Source: Bilabrum cf. latius (lineage: Eukaryota). Taken from it: 27,831 nt of DNA. Under the pieces are notes generated by a model that searched no databases, was not told where the DNA came from, and saw only the letters and a program-made list of their open reading frames with translations. Location: contig OZ237746.1 in the NCBI GenBank assembly GCA_965178125.1, positions 1,302,001 to 1,329,831 of the forward strand, given 5' to 3'. Every line of letters starts with the position of its first letter. Within the stretch, counting starts at the first letter, position 1. Made by a program: the position numbers and the translations under genes. Below, in pieces: positions 1 to 11,343 of this stretch.

Positions 1-2
1 CA

Positions 3-1217
3 AGACTTGGTCTTGGAACTTCAGTGTTCGCTTTAGTGAAAGACGCAAGGAGTGATACAGAATCCTTGCATCTAGCTGCCTCTGCCAGCAGCTCTTCTAG
101 TGCAGGCGGCAGCAGGCGAGTTTACAGTCTGTGCAAGCAATATCGGATGTGCATGGCGATTGAGTGGCTGTCTAACCAAGTAACGTACAATGGACACTTG
201 TCGGCAGGAAGTAAAGCAATTTCAAGGCAAACTATAGGATCCATGTAGACGAGAGCTCTGATGGCACCGCTGGGCGATGCACCTGTAGAGACCGAGCTCT
301 GCGCCCTGTTGGCTGTGTGCAGCCCCAGAGCTGAGTGCTCGGTAGTTTGGCTAGACGGTGGGTATGCAGCACCTCTTGCTGCGACCGTGGCTTCTGCGCT
401 GGTTTCGTAGCCCATATCTGTCTCAGTGACGGCCGCAAGGTTGGCTGGCCCTCGTATAGCTGCTGCCGCGTTGGCGTGCATGCGCGGTGAGTCGGCAGGC
501 ACGGCAGTTGCACCAAGTGCAATTCAAAGGGCCATTTGCTCGTTGTAGTCGCAAAGTACCCCGTCCATGAAACGGTAGACTGACACCAGCAAGGTGAACA
601 TGATGGAATTGCTGCGAGGCGTTGCCGTATTCGTGGCTCTGCTACGCACGGGCATTCCACCTGCTGCCATGTGTTTCATTTCGCCATTTCGATCGCAAGT
701 AGAGGCGATGCGGGAGACTCTGCGCGTTCTTAGTGCGGCTTCTGGCTCTCGTGGGAGTAGTAATGACAGCAAGAGTCCCGCTGTAATTCCTGCGGGGGCT
801 ACAGACGTGACCTCTGGTATAGACTGGCTTTCCTAGCTCGCAACTATAGATGTGGGCACAGTGGATGCGTTTCAAGGGCAGGATCGGGAAGTGGTTGTAC
901 TCAGCATTGTAGACTCTTTTACTGAAAGCCGAAAGTCTGGCAGAGACAGGGATGCAACCACCCTGACACTGCAGGCGCGTCGCGAGCTGGATGGCACTCA
1001 TGTCGGCAACCCGGCCCGGCTGAATGTCAGCATAACACGTGCAAAGAGCAAGCTTGTTCTGTTGGGCTGCATGGGGGATGTCGGCACGAGATCTGAGGAC
1101 TCACAGACCGCTTTTGGTCGCCTGTGCAAGGCTGTTCGAAGGCAGAGGTGGCGGCACGATGCCGGGCGAGCTTTGCATAGTGTGCGGCTTGCTGCGGCGT
1201 GTGAGTTGGATGAGTGA
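3..1217 (+). CDS. DNA2: SF1 DNA2/NAM7-like helicase, C-terminal part (5' end outside window); read with TAG=Gln
   Basis: One frame joins ORFs 24..248, 594..836 and 852..1217 through TAGs at 246, 408, 546, 576 and 834, ending at TGA 1215-1217. Motifs GLGTSVF, QYRM..IEWLSNQVTYNGHL, ISPFRSQV, TVDAFQGQDRE and RLNVSITRAKSKLVLLG. The DNA2 subfamily call comes from motif resemblance only. Confidence 0.8.
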
Positions 1218-1294
1218 GGGATTCATCGCAAGTTGAATTGCTCACTTTATTCTGCTATATACCCGTATAGGACGTTATGGTCGTGCTGAAAGCC

Positions 1295-4200
1295 TCATCT
1301 TCGCTAATAAATGCAACAACTCCCAAATACCTACGTCAGCAGCGCCACCCCAACAGCGGCTGCCAGAATACCCAAGTACTGTTGCCACCTATCCTAGAAC
1401 GTGCTCGCAACAAAGTTCTCCACGAAGCCCTCTGCGGTTACCCTTCGAACACCACCGCTACTGACCCAATCAAAGGATGGACAGCCTGCCTATAGCCTCT
1501 GATCCTCAGTTGCGTGGGCACCAGCCTGGTAGCAGTGTGCTTGTGTCAGGCCCATGGGCGCGTTCGCCATGAAGGTCGGGTTAAAGTATGTTGCAATAAA
1601 TCTTGGAACGGCACTATAGTTTTTCACTCCCCCCACGAAGATGCTATTGAATAGCGCTGCCAGGTTGTTCAGGATTCCTGTGAAAACATGGGCAACCAAA
1701 GCGTCTTCAATGAGCACAGAGCTCAAGTGAGACGTCCAGCTGAGCCACAAGCCACAACCGAGAAAAACTGCAATCATTTCAAGGATGGGCCCAGGCTAGT
1801 CAAGCCTCAGTCCAAGCAGCAAGTACATGATTGGGGCCGTGAGCATGGCAAAGCAGGCGAGGTACAGGGTCTCCTTGATGACCAGAGCAGCGTAGTAGCT
1901 GTGCGGCGAGTACAGTCCAATCGACTGCTCTCTGTAAAACAAAGGACGTGCCTTGAACAACATCGATACCTGCGAGTTGAATACTCCGGCGCAAAAGAAA
2001 CTCATCGTCATCTGGGTCACGCCCAACATGGACAACACAGAGGCTTGGTCGTTCAATGAGTCGCGGCCCTGCCCGAAGAACATAATGCCAACCATGGACC
2101 CGAGAATGACCAGCGTAACAAATCGAGAGCCATTGAACTCGATATTACGAAACTCTCCCACAAGCAGTCGATGCAGCACTAAGCTGAACCTTGCACAGTG
2201 GCCAACCCGCCTGACCTTGATACGACTCGTTGTCTCGGATTGAGAGGTCGGACCTACTGCCAAATGACCGACCTGCCCAGCGTTGTCAAAAGAATGAGCA
2301 CTCTCTATTCCTGCTGAGTCTTTGTCTGACGAGTCAAAGAGACCCAACCCTGGGGCAGCTAGGCCAAAAGGGGCAGATGCTCTGTTGCTCTGCTCGATCG
2401 CCTTTTCCCGATCGTCCTGATACTGCTCGAACAACAGGAGGCTCCTGGCTTGCCGGCTTAAAACTGTCTGAAGATCTTCATCGTGATACTTGGTTGAAGC
2501 TTTGCGGTCGAATCCTCTCGGGGACTTGGGTGATGCCTGTGCTTCCTGCATCGACACAGCCCCTGTGTCTACAGCCAGGCCAGCGAGAGTGGACTTGCCA
2601 CATTTGGCTTGACCAGAAGTGGTACCTCCAACCTGCCGCTGGGCTGATCCAGCCATCCGTAGAGTCCGCTACCTTCCACGTCCACGCTGTGCTGCAGCGC
2701 TGATCTGTGCACAACTGCTCGTCTTCACTGCGCCCATAGCTTCAGTTGCGATCAAAGACACGCGTGCCGACTCAGCCTCCAATTCGTGCAGCATCCACGT
2801 GCCGGGATTCACACGAGGTGGCAAAGGTCGCACCGTCGGACACCGCGTGAAGAAGTCCACCATACGCTGTGCGTTCTATCCAATCGACCCCGAGTACACC
2901 TGGCGACCACCGGGAGACAGCAGCACGAGGTCATCAAAGGCTGTGAACACATCGTAGCTCGGCTGATGAATCGTGCAGACAATGGTGCGGCCCATGTCTG
3001 CAACATTACGCAGGGCCCGCATGACCTGCGAAGCCGACCTGGCGTCCAGTCCTGTGGTTGGCTCGTCAAGAAACAGAATGCTAGGATTGGCTGCCAGCTC
3101 GACTCCCACCGATAGTCGCTTCGACTCTCCAGCAGAAAGCGTGCCAGCTGCTCTGTGTCTTGCGCCCTGCAGCTCTAGAATCTCCAGCAACTCTTCAACT
3201 AGCTGCTTCACGACCTCATCATCGCAACCTAGCTCGGCAGCGAGGCGCAGCCTGGCGTTGAATGCAAGAACCTCCTCTACCTTCGCCGTCGGCATGTGCT
3301 CATCTGTTTGCTCGCAGTAAGCAATCACCGTAGCTCTTCTTCGCTTGCTCAACTCCCTTCCATTGATGCTTATTTTACCCCGTTCCTTGCCTTGGGTCTT
3401 CCTACCTGCCAGCACGTCCATGAGTGTGGTCTTGCCTGCGCCAGTGGCGCCCATTAAACACGTGAGGCGACCAGGAAGCGCCACTCCAGAGACACCTCGT
3501 AGCAGCGGCATGTCTACGGTTGCTGCATTATAAGATTGTTTTCGGGGCTACCCTTCTATACTACGGGCTTTGACTCCTGCATGAGACCTCACCTGGTTAA
3601 ATATAGCGAACTGCCTAGCGTTCTGCTGCATCCGCCTTGCGTGTGCACTCGAGACTCCTACGGAAACTGAGTACCTAACTCCTTCAAACGCAAGTGTACA
3701 TCGCTTGAAGCGGTTCGATATGTGTGACAAACCGCTCCTAGAGACTTGGCTTGCGGCACGTGACCGACCGGGATCGCTGGATACAGAGCTTGTCTCTGAT
3801 GCACTAGCGTACGGGCTCTGGCGGACCGAACCTAACGAGCTACCTGTGGACGCTCGGCGCATCCTAAGCGCCTAGTGAGCCTCAGCATCATGCTCTCGCC
3901 GCGTCCCTGGGCTATAATCGTACTTGCATCCGCGAAGCGCAAGCACCGAAAGAATGAATCCATACAGGATCCACTGCCCGTATAGCATGGGTATTCCCCC
4001 TATCTTCCACGGCAGCTCAGGGTCATGCTGGATCTCAAAAACGTCCAAATAGGCATCTCCTTTCGTCCGGCCAGTCGATGCGGTTGTGATGTTCACTCGC
4101 AGCACAGGGTCAACCAAGCCAGTGTCGTTGCCACCTTGACTGTCTACAACACCGGCAGTGACGTCCGCAGTCACAGTGCCCACCAAACCCAGCGAGTCCT

Positions 4201-6442
4201 GGTACCTTGAGGAGGCAAACTCGTTGATGGCCAGGGATCGAAGCCCCCAGCTAAATGGCGAGATCCAGTAGCACCACCTCATGCCCCAGGGAATGTTGGT
4301 ACGGGTGGCCAAGAATCCACCCATCAGCAGGAAAATGGACGTAAGCAAACCGGTAGCAGACTGCGCTTGCTCCACTGTTGGCAGGGCAAAGGACAGCACC
4401 CTGTCGATGCCAGCCACCGCTAGTTCAACACCAAGCACAATCAAGAAGAAGAATGCCGCTCTTTCAAACTCTGGGACGAAGTCTGCTAGCCAGTATACGA
4501 TACAGCTCAGCACGAGAGAGTTGGCAGCTGCTCTAGGAAGGTGCGTGAGAAATACTGAGAGGACGTAGAACGTCTCGTCCAGCAGACCAGCTCGAGAGAG
4601 CTTGTATGCGACTGCTCTTCCATCAAGCACGGCCTGCATCTCGGGGAAAGCGCCGAATGAAACGTTGAGGCATGCGAACATAGCCATCTGCGGTGAGGTG
4701 GGAATGGGGTACAAACCTGCCCAGGTGTAGGATCCATGCTATGAATCTGTCTATTGCCTGCCAGTAGGAGGTTGCTCACCCCAATTCGAAGCTGAAAGTC
4801 ATCAAGGGACGGGCGGAAGAACACAAGGCCCACTATGGTGGCGAGCACAGCTGTCTGAACAAGTCGAGATATCACAAGCAGTGGATTTCGCATCGTCAGG
4901 AGCATCTACCTACTCATCACAGCGGCCAGTCTGGCACATGCTCCCTATCCAGCTCCCCATCCGTACTTGGCTTGCAGGAATTGGCTGGCCTGCACGGATT
5001 GCTGCAGGTCGTCCCAGTCGCTTGTGGTCTGGCCGTCCTGGGTGCGTCCCAAATACACCCTGCCACCAGCACGCCTGTTTGAGTCGGAGAAACGGGCTGG
5101 TGACTGCCTAGCCAGGGTACGCTACTGCATCGCAGATCCATACCAGGCCAGAGAGTTTCCTGCAACGGAGAGCTCGGCTGGAGTGGGCATGGCGCTGCGA
5201 TCGAATCGGCGGTCGGGGGGCAGTGCCAGAACTGGGTCGGTCACCAAGCCGGCCAGCCAGTCGGCAAAGTCGCCCTCTTCCGGTGCGGAGAAGCCCCTAC
5301 TCGCGAGGTTGTCCTCTAGCTCCTCCCTGGGCCCGTGGTAGATCACGTGCCCATCGCTGAGGAGCACCACGTCGTCGAAGAGCGCATACGTCTCTGGTGT
5401 GGGCTGCTTGAGTGCGAGGACAACGGTGGCGTCCGACACCTTGGCATAATCGCAAAGAGTCTGAACAACATACTCCGCCACCGCTGCATCAAGCCCTGCG
5501 GTAATCTCGTCGCCACAGAACACCCTGGGGGCTGCGATGAGAGCCTCCGCAACTGAGAGGCGGCGGCGCTGGCCACCACTAATGCCACGAACGTTGCGAC
5601 CTCCAACAATGGTGTCTGCGCAGCTCTCTAGGCCGAATAGTCTAATGAAAGCCTCTGCTCTGGTTTGTGGGAAGGAGAACCCCGGGTCAGTGGGGCCGTC
5701 AGCTGCTGCAGCAACTGAGCCGAGAGAAGAGGCTGCTGCAAACTACAGCGTCTCGCGAACAGTGAAGCGAGCCTCATGCAGGTCGTTTTGCGCACAGTAT
5801 GACGCCACTCGTCGAACATCAGCTCCTTGCCCATGCAGCTCAGCAGGATTGGTGCCGTTGAATCGCACGTTCCCGTCAAACGGCTGTTCATTTCCAGCGA
5901 TAACCCTGAGCAGTGTCGAAGATCCCCCGCCCGGGCCTGCCAAAACCAGAGTTGTTGTACCAGGCCTTATTTTCACTGCTCGTGGAATGTAGGCGAAGCA
6001 AAAGCTGCAGTTGTGGAAATGTCAGAGCATTTAGCACCATCTATCAAGCATATCGCCAAGGCCACGGTGATGACTTACTGGTGGTACCGGCGAGTGCATC
6101 AAAGGCAACATGATCAGATGGTTGATAGCTACCACAATAGAGCATGTTCCAGAGCCAGCTAGCGAGGTTCATCGGCTCTGGTGCGCGCCGTTCAGTGGAC
6201 CTCTTGACCTGAACACCATCCAAGTGCACCAGAATACGCGGTGGCATCGCTTCCGCGCATTCATGCTCAATTTTTTGGTACAGTTGCCAGTTCTATCGGC
6301 CTTTTGGCATCGTTGAAACCTTTGCATCGGACGTCACACTTGCATACAGTGGATTCACCACCGTCGAGGTAGTTGGCTGCTTAATCGCCCGTCCTGCAGT
6401 CTTTTTCACGGAATCTTCACTACTTTCTGGAAAAAATTGCAT
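1295..6442 (-). CDS. Full-size ABCG/PDR-type transporter (NBD1-TMD1-NBD2-TMD2), ~1650 aa, exons 6442-6079, 5975-4780 and 4687-1295; TAG=Gln
   Basis: NBD1 has GPGGGSSTLL, TVRETL*FA, CADTIVG, RGISGGQRRR, DEITAGLD and LKQPTPETYALFDD. NBD2 has LMGATGAGKTTLMDVLAGRKT, LFLDEPTTGLD and TIHQPS. Contains 14 in-frame TAGs and ends IY*RR-TGA. The spliced length of 4953 nt is divisible by 3. The start ATG at 6442 is the first after an upstream in-frame TGA. Confidence 0.9.
4688..4779 (-). other. Spliceosomal intron (92 nt) in the ABCG gene
   Basis: GTGAGC...CACCGCAG. Removal joins FQLRIG to MAMFACLNVSFGAFPEM and explains the frame change. Confidence 0.85.
5976..6078 (-). other. Spliceosomal intron (103 nt) in the ABCG gene
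   Basis: GTAAGT...GAGCAG. Removal gives FDALAGTT-M-KIRPGTTTLVLAGPG, the expected lead-in to Walker A. Confidence 0.8.
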
Positions 6443-6620
6443 CTTGTAGGTTCAAAACAGCTCTCGAAGCGATGCAAGGCCGGTTATGACTGCGTTCTCG
6501 AATCAAGAATTCCGCCGCGCGCAACCAACGGAACCTGCGAGTCAGGTGTTCCGTTGGTATCAGCTACAAGTGCTCCTGGATCCAAAAGTCAACTGCACGC
6601 ACCACACCACGTAGCAGGAT

Positions 6621-8042
6621 TCACTCATTCTTATCGTGCCCGCCTGCATGAGCATCTACTTCTCTTCCTTGCCTGCCTTTGCCCGCGGGTACCTCTTCGC
6701 TGCTCGCGTACCAGTCATCGTACTCGGGGTGCTTCTCGCGCATCAGCGGGTGCGAGCTGCCGTACCGCATAAATTGCTGGCAGAACCCGACCAGCGATGT
6801 ATCGAAGTGGTGCTGCATTGGTGGACAGCTGCCCTCCACTGCGAGCAGCACGCGCACTCCCCTCTTCCTGCCGCGCACACACACCTCCACGTCCTCGAAT
6901 GCAGCCGAGGGGAATCCCTCGTCAAAGCCACCGGCTTGCTGCAGCACCTGGACATGCGCGCACATGTTGCAGGTGGGCAGGTAGAGCGCCTCGCGCACCC
7001 TGCCCTCGCCTTGCCTGGCCTCTGGCCCGCCGGGCTGGGCGACCGACCCCATAGCTGGATCTGGATCCGAGCGGGTCTCAACGCCGGCACTGTCACGATC
7101 GCTCTCAGGATCTTCTTCATGTACCTGCTCGTGCGCCCGTCCCTTTCCCTGCTCCTATTCATCTTCACGTGCCTCTTCATGTACCTGTGTCTGCAGAGCT
7201 AGTGTCCTTGGGTTCAGCGTGCCCATGAGGTCGTGGAAGCGAGACACATAGTCAGTGCCATGCGCGCGCGTGATGCCTCCCAGCAGGCAGGGTCCGTGCT
7301 CGCGCTGCAGACAGGCCATGCCACGGGCCCATGCGGGGCTGCCCTCGCAGTCCGCGTCCATGAAGAGAACCGACGTGGCGCCCAGGCGCAGTGCAGTTGT
7401 CCATCCGGTGTTGCGGGCTGCACCAGGGCCTAGGTTGCGGCTGTGTCGGAGCAGCAGCACGCGGTGCTATTCCCTCTGGTGTGAGCCCTCCTGTGAGTCA
7501 TCTCTCCTCCTAGACTTCAAAGCGGCAGGTGATCCATCGTCGATGACGACCACCGGAACAGGCCTAACAGAATCTACGGCTCGCCACAAGCTCTTAACGT
7601 CTTCCGGCGTTCGTGCAAGCACGGGAATGATAATAAGCGCATGCTCATTATCGTTCACTGCTTGCGCGAATGCAGGAATCGATGACTGCATTGAATGTCC
7701 GGCAAGTGGAAGTGTTTCGATAGGATCCAGATCCGAAGCACCAAGACAAGGCTACTGACCCCCGTCGCGATCTGCTTCGTTGATAGATACATGTGAGAGC
7801 TAGAGGTCCTTGTGCGTACTGGACGACAGGCTGCATAGCTCGCGCAGTGCTTGCTGTCTGCAGACAGCGATGCGCCGGCGCTCCGCTTGCCACCACTGCT
7901 GTCCAAAATGGTAGCAAGTTACCGCAAGAATCGCTAAGACAACGTTCAAGGTACGATCACTGTACGGAGATGCATGAAGTACATGTATCACCGCATAGTA
8001 TACGGACAGGGCAAGGGAGCTTGCCGACAGGGTCCAAGTCAT
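6621..8042 (-). CDS. Glycosyltransferase family 2 (GT-A fold) with N-terminal hydrophobic segments, ~473 aa; TAG=Gln
   Basis: One frame through TAGs at 7800, 7752, 7467 and 7155, ending TGA. Motifs IIIPV, VVVIDDGS, NLGPGAARNTG, VLFMDADC and GGFDEGF..AFEDVE. The start is uncertain. Confidence 0.82.
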
Positions 8043-8316
8043 TTCACGAACAGCCCGGGTCTTGCAGATTTGCTTCACGTCCAATTGCAAGTCAACAAAC
8101 TAGATGCTAGAGGCGATCCCCTAGCGTCTAATTTGTAAACTTTAATTGTGATCCGACTCGTAAGTCGACAAAAAGAATCCGGAATCCGGATATCTCGGAT
8201 ATCTGGATCCCCGATATGAGTTCCGGTTTGGCTTCAGTCACAAATCTGGATCTAGATCATCGAGTGGATAAAGTACATCCCCAGACGTAGCAAACAGCAA
8301 CTTCATAACAATTGTT

Positions 8317-8507
8317 CATCGCCGCGGGCCATCCACCGCGCATTCCCCCCGTCCACCAGACAGCGCTGTCATGACACGTACACTCCCAGCACATCACCGC
8401 GGGCCATCCACCGCGCATTCCCCCCGTCCACCAGACAGCGCTGTCATGACACGTACACTCCCAGCACATCACCGCGGGCCATCCACCGCGCATTCCCCCC
8501 GTCCACC
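8317..8507. repeat. 75-bp subtelomeric tandem repeat, ~2.5 copies
   Basis: GGGCCATCCACCGCGCATTCCCCCCGTCCACC recurs at 8326, 8401 and 8476. Confidence 0.9.
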
Positions 8508-8702
8508 GCCGCTCCCACCAACCATGTGCTGCCATCCACGGCTCACTCAGCCCTTCCACCGCCGCTCCCACCAACCATGTGCTGCCATCCACGGCTCACT
8601 CAGCCCTTCCACCGCCGCTCCCACCAACCATGTGCTGCCATCCACGGCTCACTCAGCCCTTCCACCGCCGCTCCCACCAACCATGTGCTGCCATCCACGG
8701 CT
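8503..8702. repeat. 53-bp subtelomeric tandem repeat, ~3.8 copies
   Basis: CCACCGCCGCTCCCACCAACCATGTGCTGCCATCCACGGCT recurs at 8503, 8556, 8609 and 8662. Confidence 0.9.
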
Positions 8703-8707
8703 TGGAG

Positions 8708-8785
8708 TTAGGGTTAGGGTTAGGGTTAGGGTTAGGGTTAGGGTTAGGGTTAGGGTTAGGGTTAGGGTTAGGGTTAGGGTTAGGG
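8708..8785 (+). repeat. Interstitial telomeric tract 1, (TTAGGG)13
   Basis: Perfect TTAGGG repeats. Confidence 0.97.
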
Positions 8786-8979
8786 TATCTGGGGGTCATG
8801 TTAGGATCGGGGCACGCCCTTTTTTGGACCAAAAATAAAAACGCCGCACATTATATATATTTAGATAGCCCTTGATCAGGAGAGTTGATATATGGTTGGT
8901 TGGCGGCACTCATTTCCAATATTGAGCGAGATATGGGGAGGTTTCGGGTCACCAGTTGAGCGGATGATTTTGGCAGGTC
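8786..8979. mobile_element. Short diverged telomere insert (copy 0)
   Basis: Same TTAGGG|TATCT junction as the other inserts, with partial terminal similarity (TATCT..GTCA.G..AGG.TCGGGG). Flanked by telomere tracts. Confidence 0.5.
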
Positions 8980-9387
8980 TTAGGGTTAGGGTTAGGGTTA
9001 GGGTTAGGGTTAGGGTTAGGGTTAGGGTTAGGGTTAGGGTTAGGGTTAGGGTTAGGGTTAGGGTTAGGGTTAGGGTTAGGGTTAGGGTTAGGGTTAGGGT
9101 TAGGGTTAGGGTTAGGGTTAGGGTTAGGGTTAGGGTTAGGGTTAGGGTTAGGGTTAGGGTTAGGGTTAGGGTTAGGGTTAGGGTTAGGGTTAGGGTTAGG
9201 GTTAGGGTTAGGGTTAGGGTTAGGGTTAGGGTTAGGGTTAGGGTTAGGGTTAGGGTTAGGGTTAGGGTTAGGGTTAGGGTTAGGGTTAGGGTTAGGGTTA
9301 GGGTTAGGGTTAGGGTTAGGGTTAGGGTTAGGGTTAGGGTTAGGGTTAGGGTTAGGGTTAGGGTTAGGGTTAGGGTTAGGGTTAGGG
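8980..9387 (+). repeat. Interstitial telomeric tract 2 (~68 units)
   Basis: TTAGGG repeats. Confidence 0.97.
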
Positions 9388-10695
9388 TATCTAATATAAA
9401 GTCAGGGACAGGGTCGGGGAAAAAATATTTTCATCTTCATTTTTTTGTCGAAAATGTGCCCTCTGCGATCTCAGCAACTAGAATAGGTATGAAGATGATT
9501 CAATTTGTTTTGGGACGGCCTAGGGCCATATCATGGGGCAAATGTTCCCCAGGTTCCGTTTTGACCGAGCGGCGACGATACTGGCTGATGAAGATTTACA
9601 TGCCGAAAATGTGCCCTCTGCGATCTCAGCAACTAGAATAGGTATGAAGATGATTCAAACTGTTTTGGGACGGCCTAGGGCCATATCATGGGGCAAATGT
9701 TCCCCAGGTTCCGTTTTGACCGCGCGGCGACGATACTGGCTGATGAAGATTTACATGCCGAAAATGTGCCCTCTGCGATCTCAGCAACTAGAATAGGTAT
9801 GAAGATGATTCAAACTGTTTTGAGACGGCCTAGGGCCATATCATGGGGCAAATGTTCCCCAGGTTCCGTTTTGACCGCGCGGCGACGATACTGGCTGATG
9901 AAGATTTACATGCCGAAAATGTGCCCTCTGCGATCTCAGCAACTAGAATAGGTATGAAGATGATTCAAACTGTTTTGGGACGGCCTAGGGCCATATCATG
10001 GGGCAAATGTTCCCCAGGTTCCGTTTTGACCGCGCGGCGACGATACTGGCTGATGAAGATTTACATGCCGAAAATGTGCCCTCTGCGATCTCAGCAACTA
10101 GAATAGGTATGAAGATGATTCAAACTGTTTTGGGATGGCCTAGGGCCATATCATGGGGCAAATGTTCCCCAGGTTCCGTTTTGACCGCGCGGCGACGATA
10201 CTGGCTGATGAAGATTTACATGCCGAAAATGTGCCCTCTGCGATCTCAGCAACTAGAATAGGTATGAAGATGATTCAAACTGTTTTGGGACGGCCTAGGG
10301 CCATATCATGGGGCAAATGTTCCCCAGGTTCCGTTTTGACCGCGCGGCGACGATACTGGCTGATGAAGATTTACATGCCGAAAATGTGCCCTCTGCGATC
10401 TCAGCAACTAGAATAGGTATGAAGATGATTCAAACTGTTTTGGGACGGCCTAGGGCCATATCATGGGGCAAATGTTCCCCAGGTTCCGTTTTGACCGCGC
10501 GGCGACGATACTGGCTGATGAAGATTTACATGCCGAAAATGTGCCCTCTGCGATCTCAGCAACTAGAATAGCCGTCCCCGTGAAATCTCCCAGAAATTTC
10601 TGGATTCCGGGTCCACATTTGCGACCCAACGACACTCAGGGTCAAATATATCTAAAACAAATGAGTGGAATATAACTATAACCACTAAATAGATT
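9388..10695. mobile_element. Telomere-inserted element copy A1 (non-coding: terminus, 155-bp array, ~124-bp tail)
   Basis: Begins TATCTAATATAAAGTCAGGGACAGGGTCGGGGAAAAAATATTTTCATCTTCA and is flanked by telomere tracts. Confidence 0.75.
9449..10571. repeat. 155-bp satellite subfamily A, ~7.2 units
   Basis: Near-identical units with period 155 (ORF starts at 9533, 9688, 9843 and so on). Confidence 0.95.
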
Positions 10696-11343
10696 TTAGG
10701 GTTAGGGTTAGGGTAGGGTTAGGGTTAGGGTTAGGGTTAGGGTTAGGGTTAGGGTTAGGGTTAGGGTTAGGGTTAGGGTTAGGGTTAGGGTTAGGGTTAG
10801 GGTTAGGGTTAGGGTTAGGGTTAGGGTTAGGGTTAGGGTTAGGGTTAGGGTTAGGGTTAGGGTTAGGGTTAGGGTTAGGGTTAGGGTTAGGGTTAGGGTT
10901 AGGGTTAGGGTTAGGGTTAGGGTTAGGGTTAGGGTTAGGGTTAGGGTTAGGGTTAGGGTTAGGGTTAGGGTTAGGGTTAGGGTTAGGGTTAGGGTTAGGG
11001 TTAGGGTTAGGGTTAGGGTTAGGGTTAGGGTTAGGGTTAGGGTTAGGGTTAGGGTTAGGGTTAGGGTTAGGGTTAGGGTTAGGGTTAGGGTTAGGGTTAG
11101 GGTTAGGGTTAGGGGTTAGGGTTAGGGTTAGGGTTAGGGTTAGGGTTAGGGTTAGGGTTAGGGTTAGGGTTAGGGTTAGGGTTAGGGTTAGGGTTAGGGT
11201 TAGGGTTAGGGTTAGGGTTAGGGTTAGGGTTAGGGTTAGGGTTAGGGTTAGGGTTAGGGTTAGGGTTAGGGTTAGGGTTAGGGTTAGGGTTAGGGTTAGG
11301 GTTAGGGTTAGGGTTAGGGTTAGGGTTAGGGTTAGGGTTAGGG
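10696..11343 (+). repeat. Interstitial telomeric tract 3
   Basis: TTAGGG with variants TAGGG (10714) and TTAGGGG (11109). Confidence 0.97.

Noticed and set aside
3-1217. Helicase as a Y'-like element gene
   Set aside because: It is an SF1 DNA2-like gene outside the telomeric chain, among ordinary host genes.
3-8042. Three pseudogenes with premature stops
   Set aside because: All interruptions are TAG, there are no indels and motifs are intact, so recoding explains the pattern better.
9585-9610. Hammerhead ribozyme core (CTGATGA...GAAA) in subfamily A units
   Set aside because: Tempting given PLE/Terminon biology, but I could not form stems II and III, and CTGATGA is lost in subfamilies B and C. 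An Infernal search would settle it.
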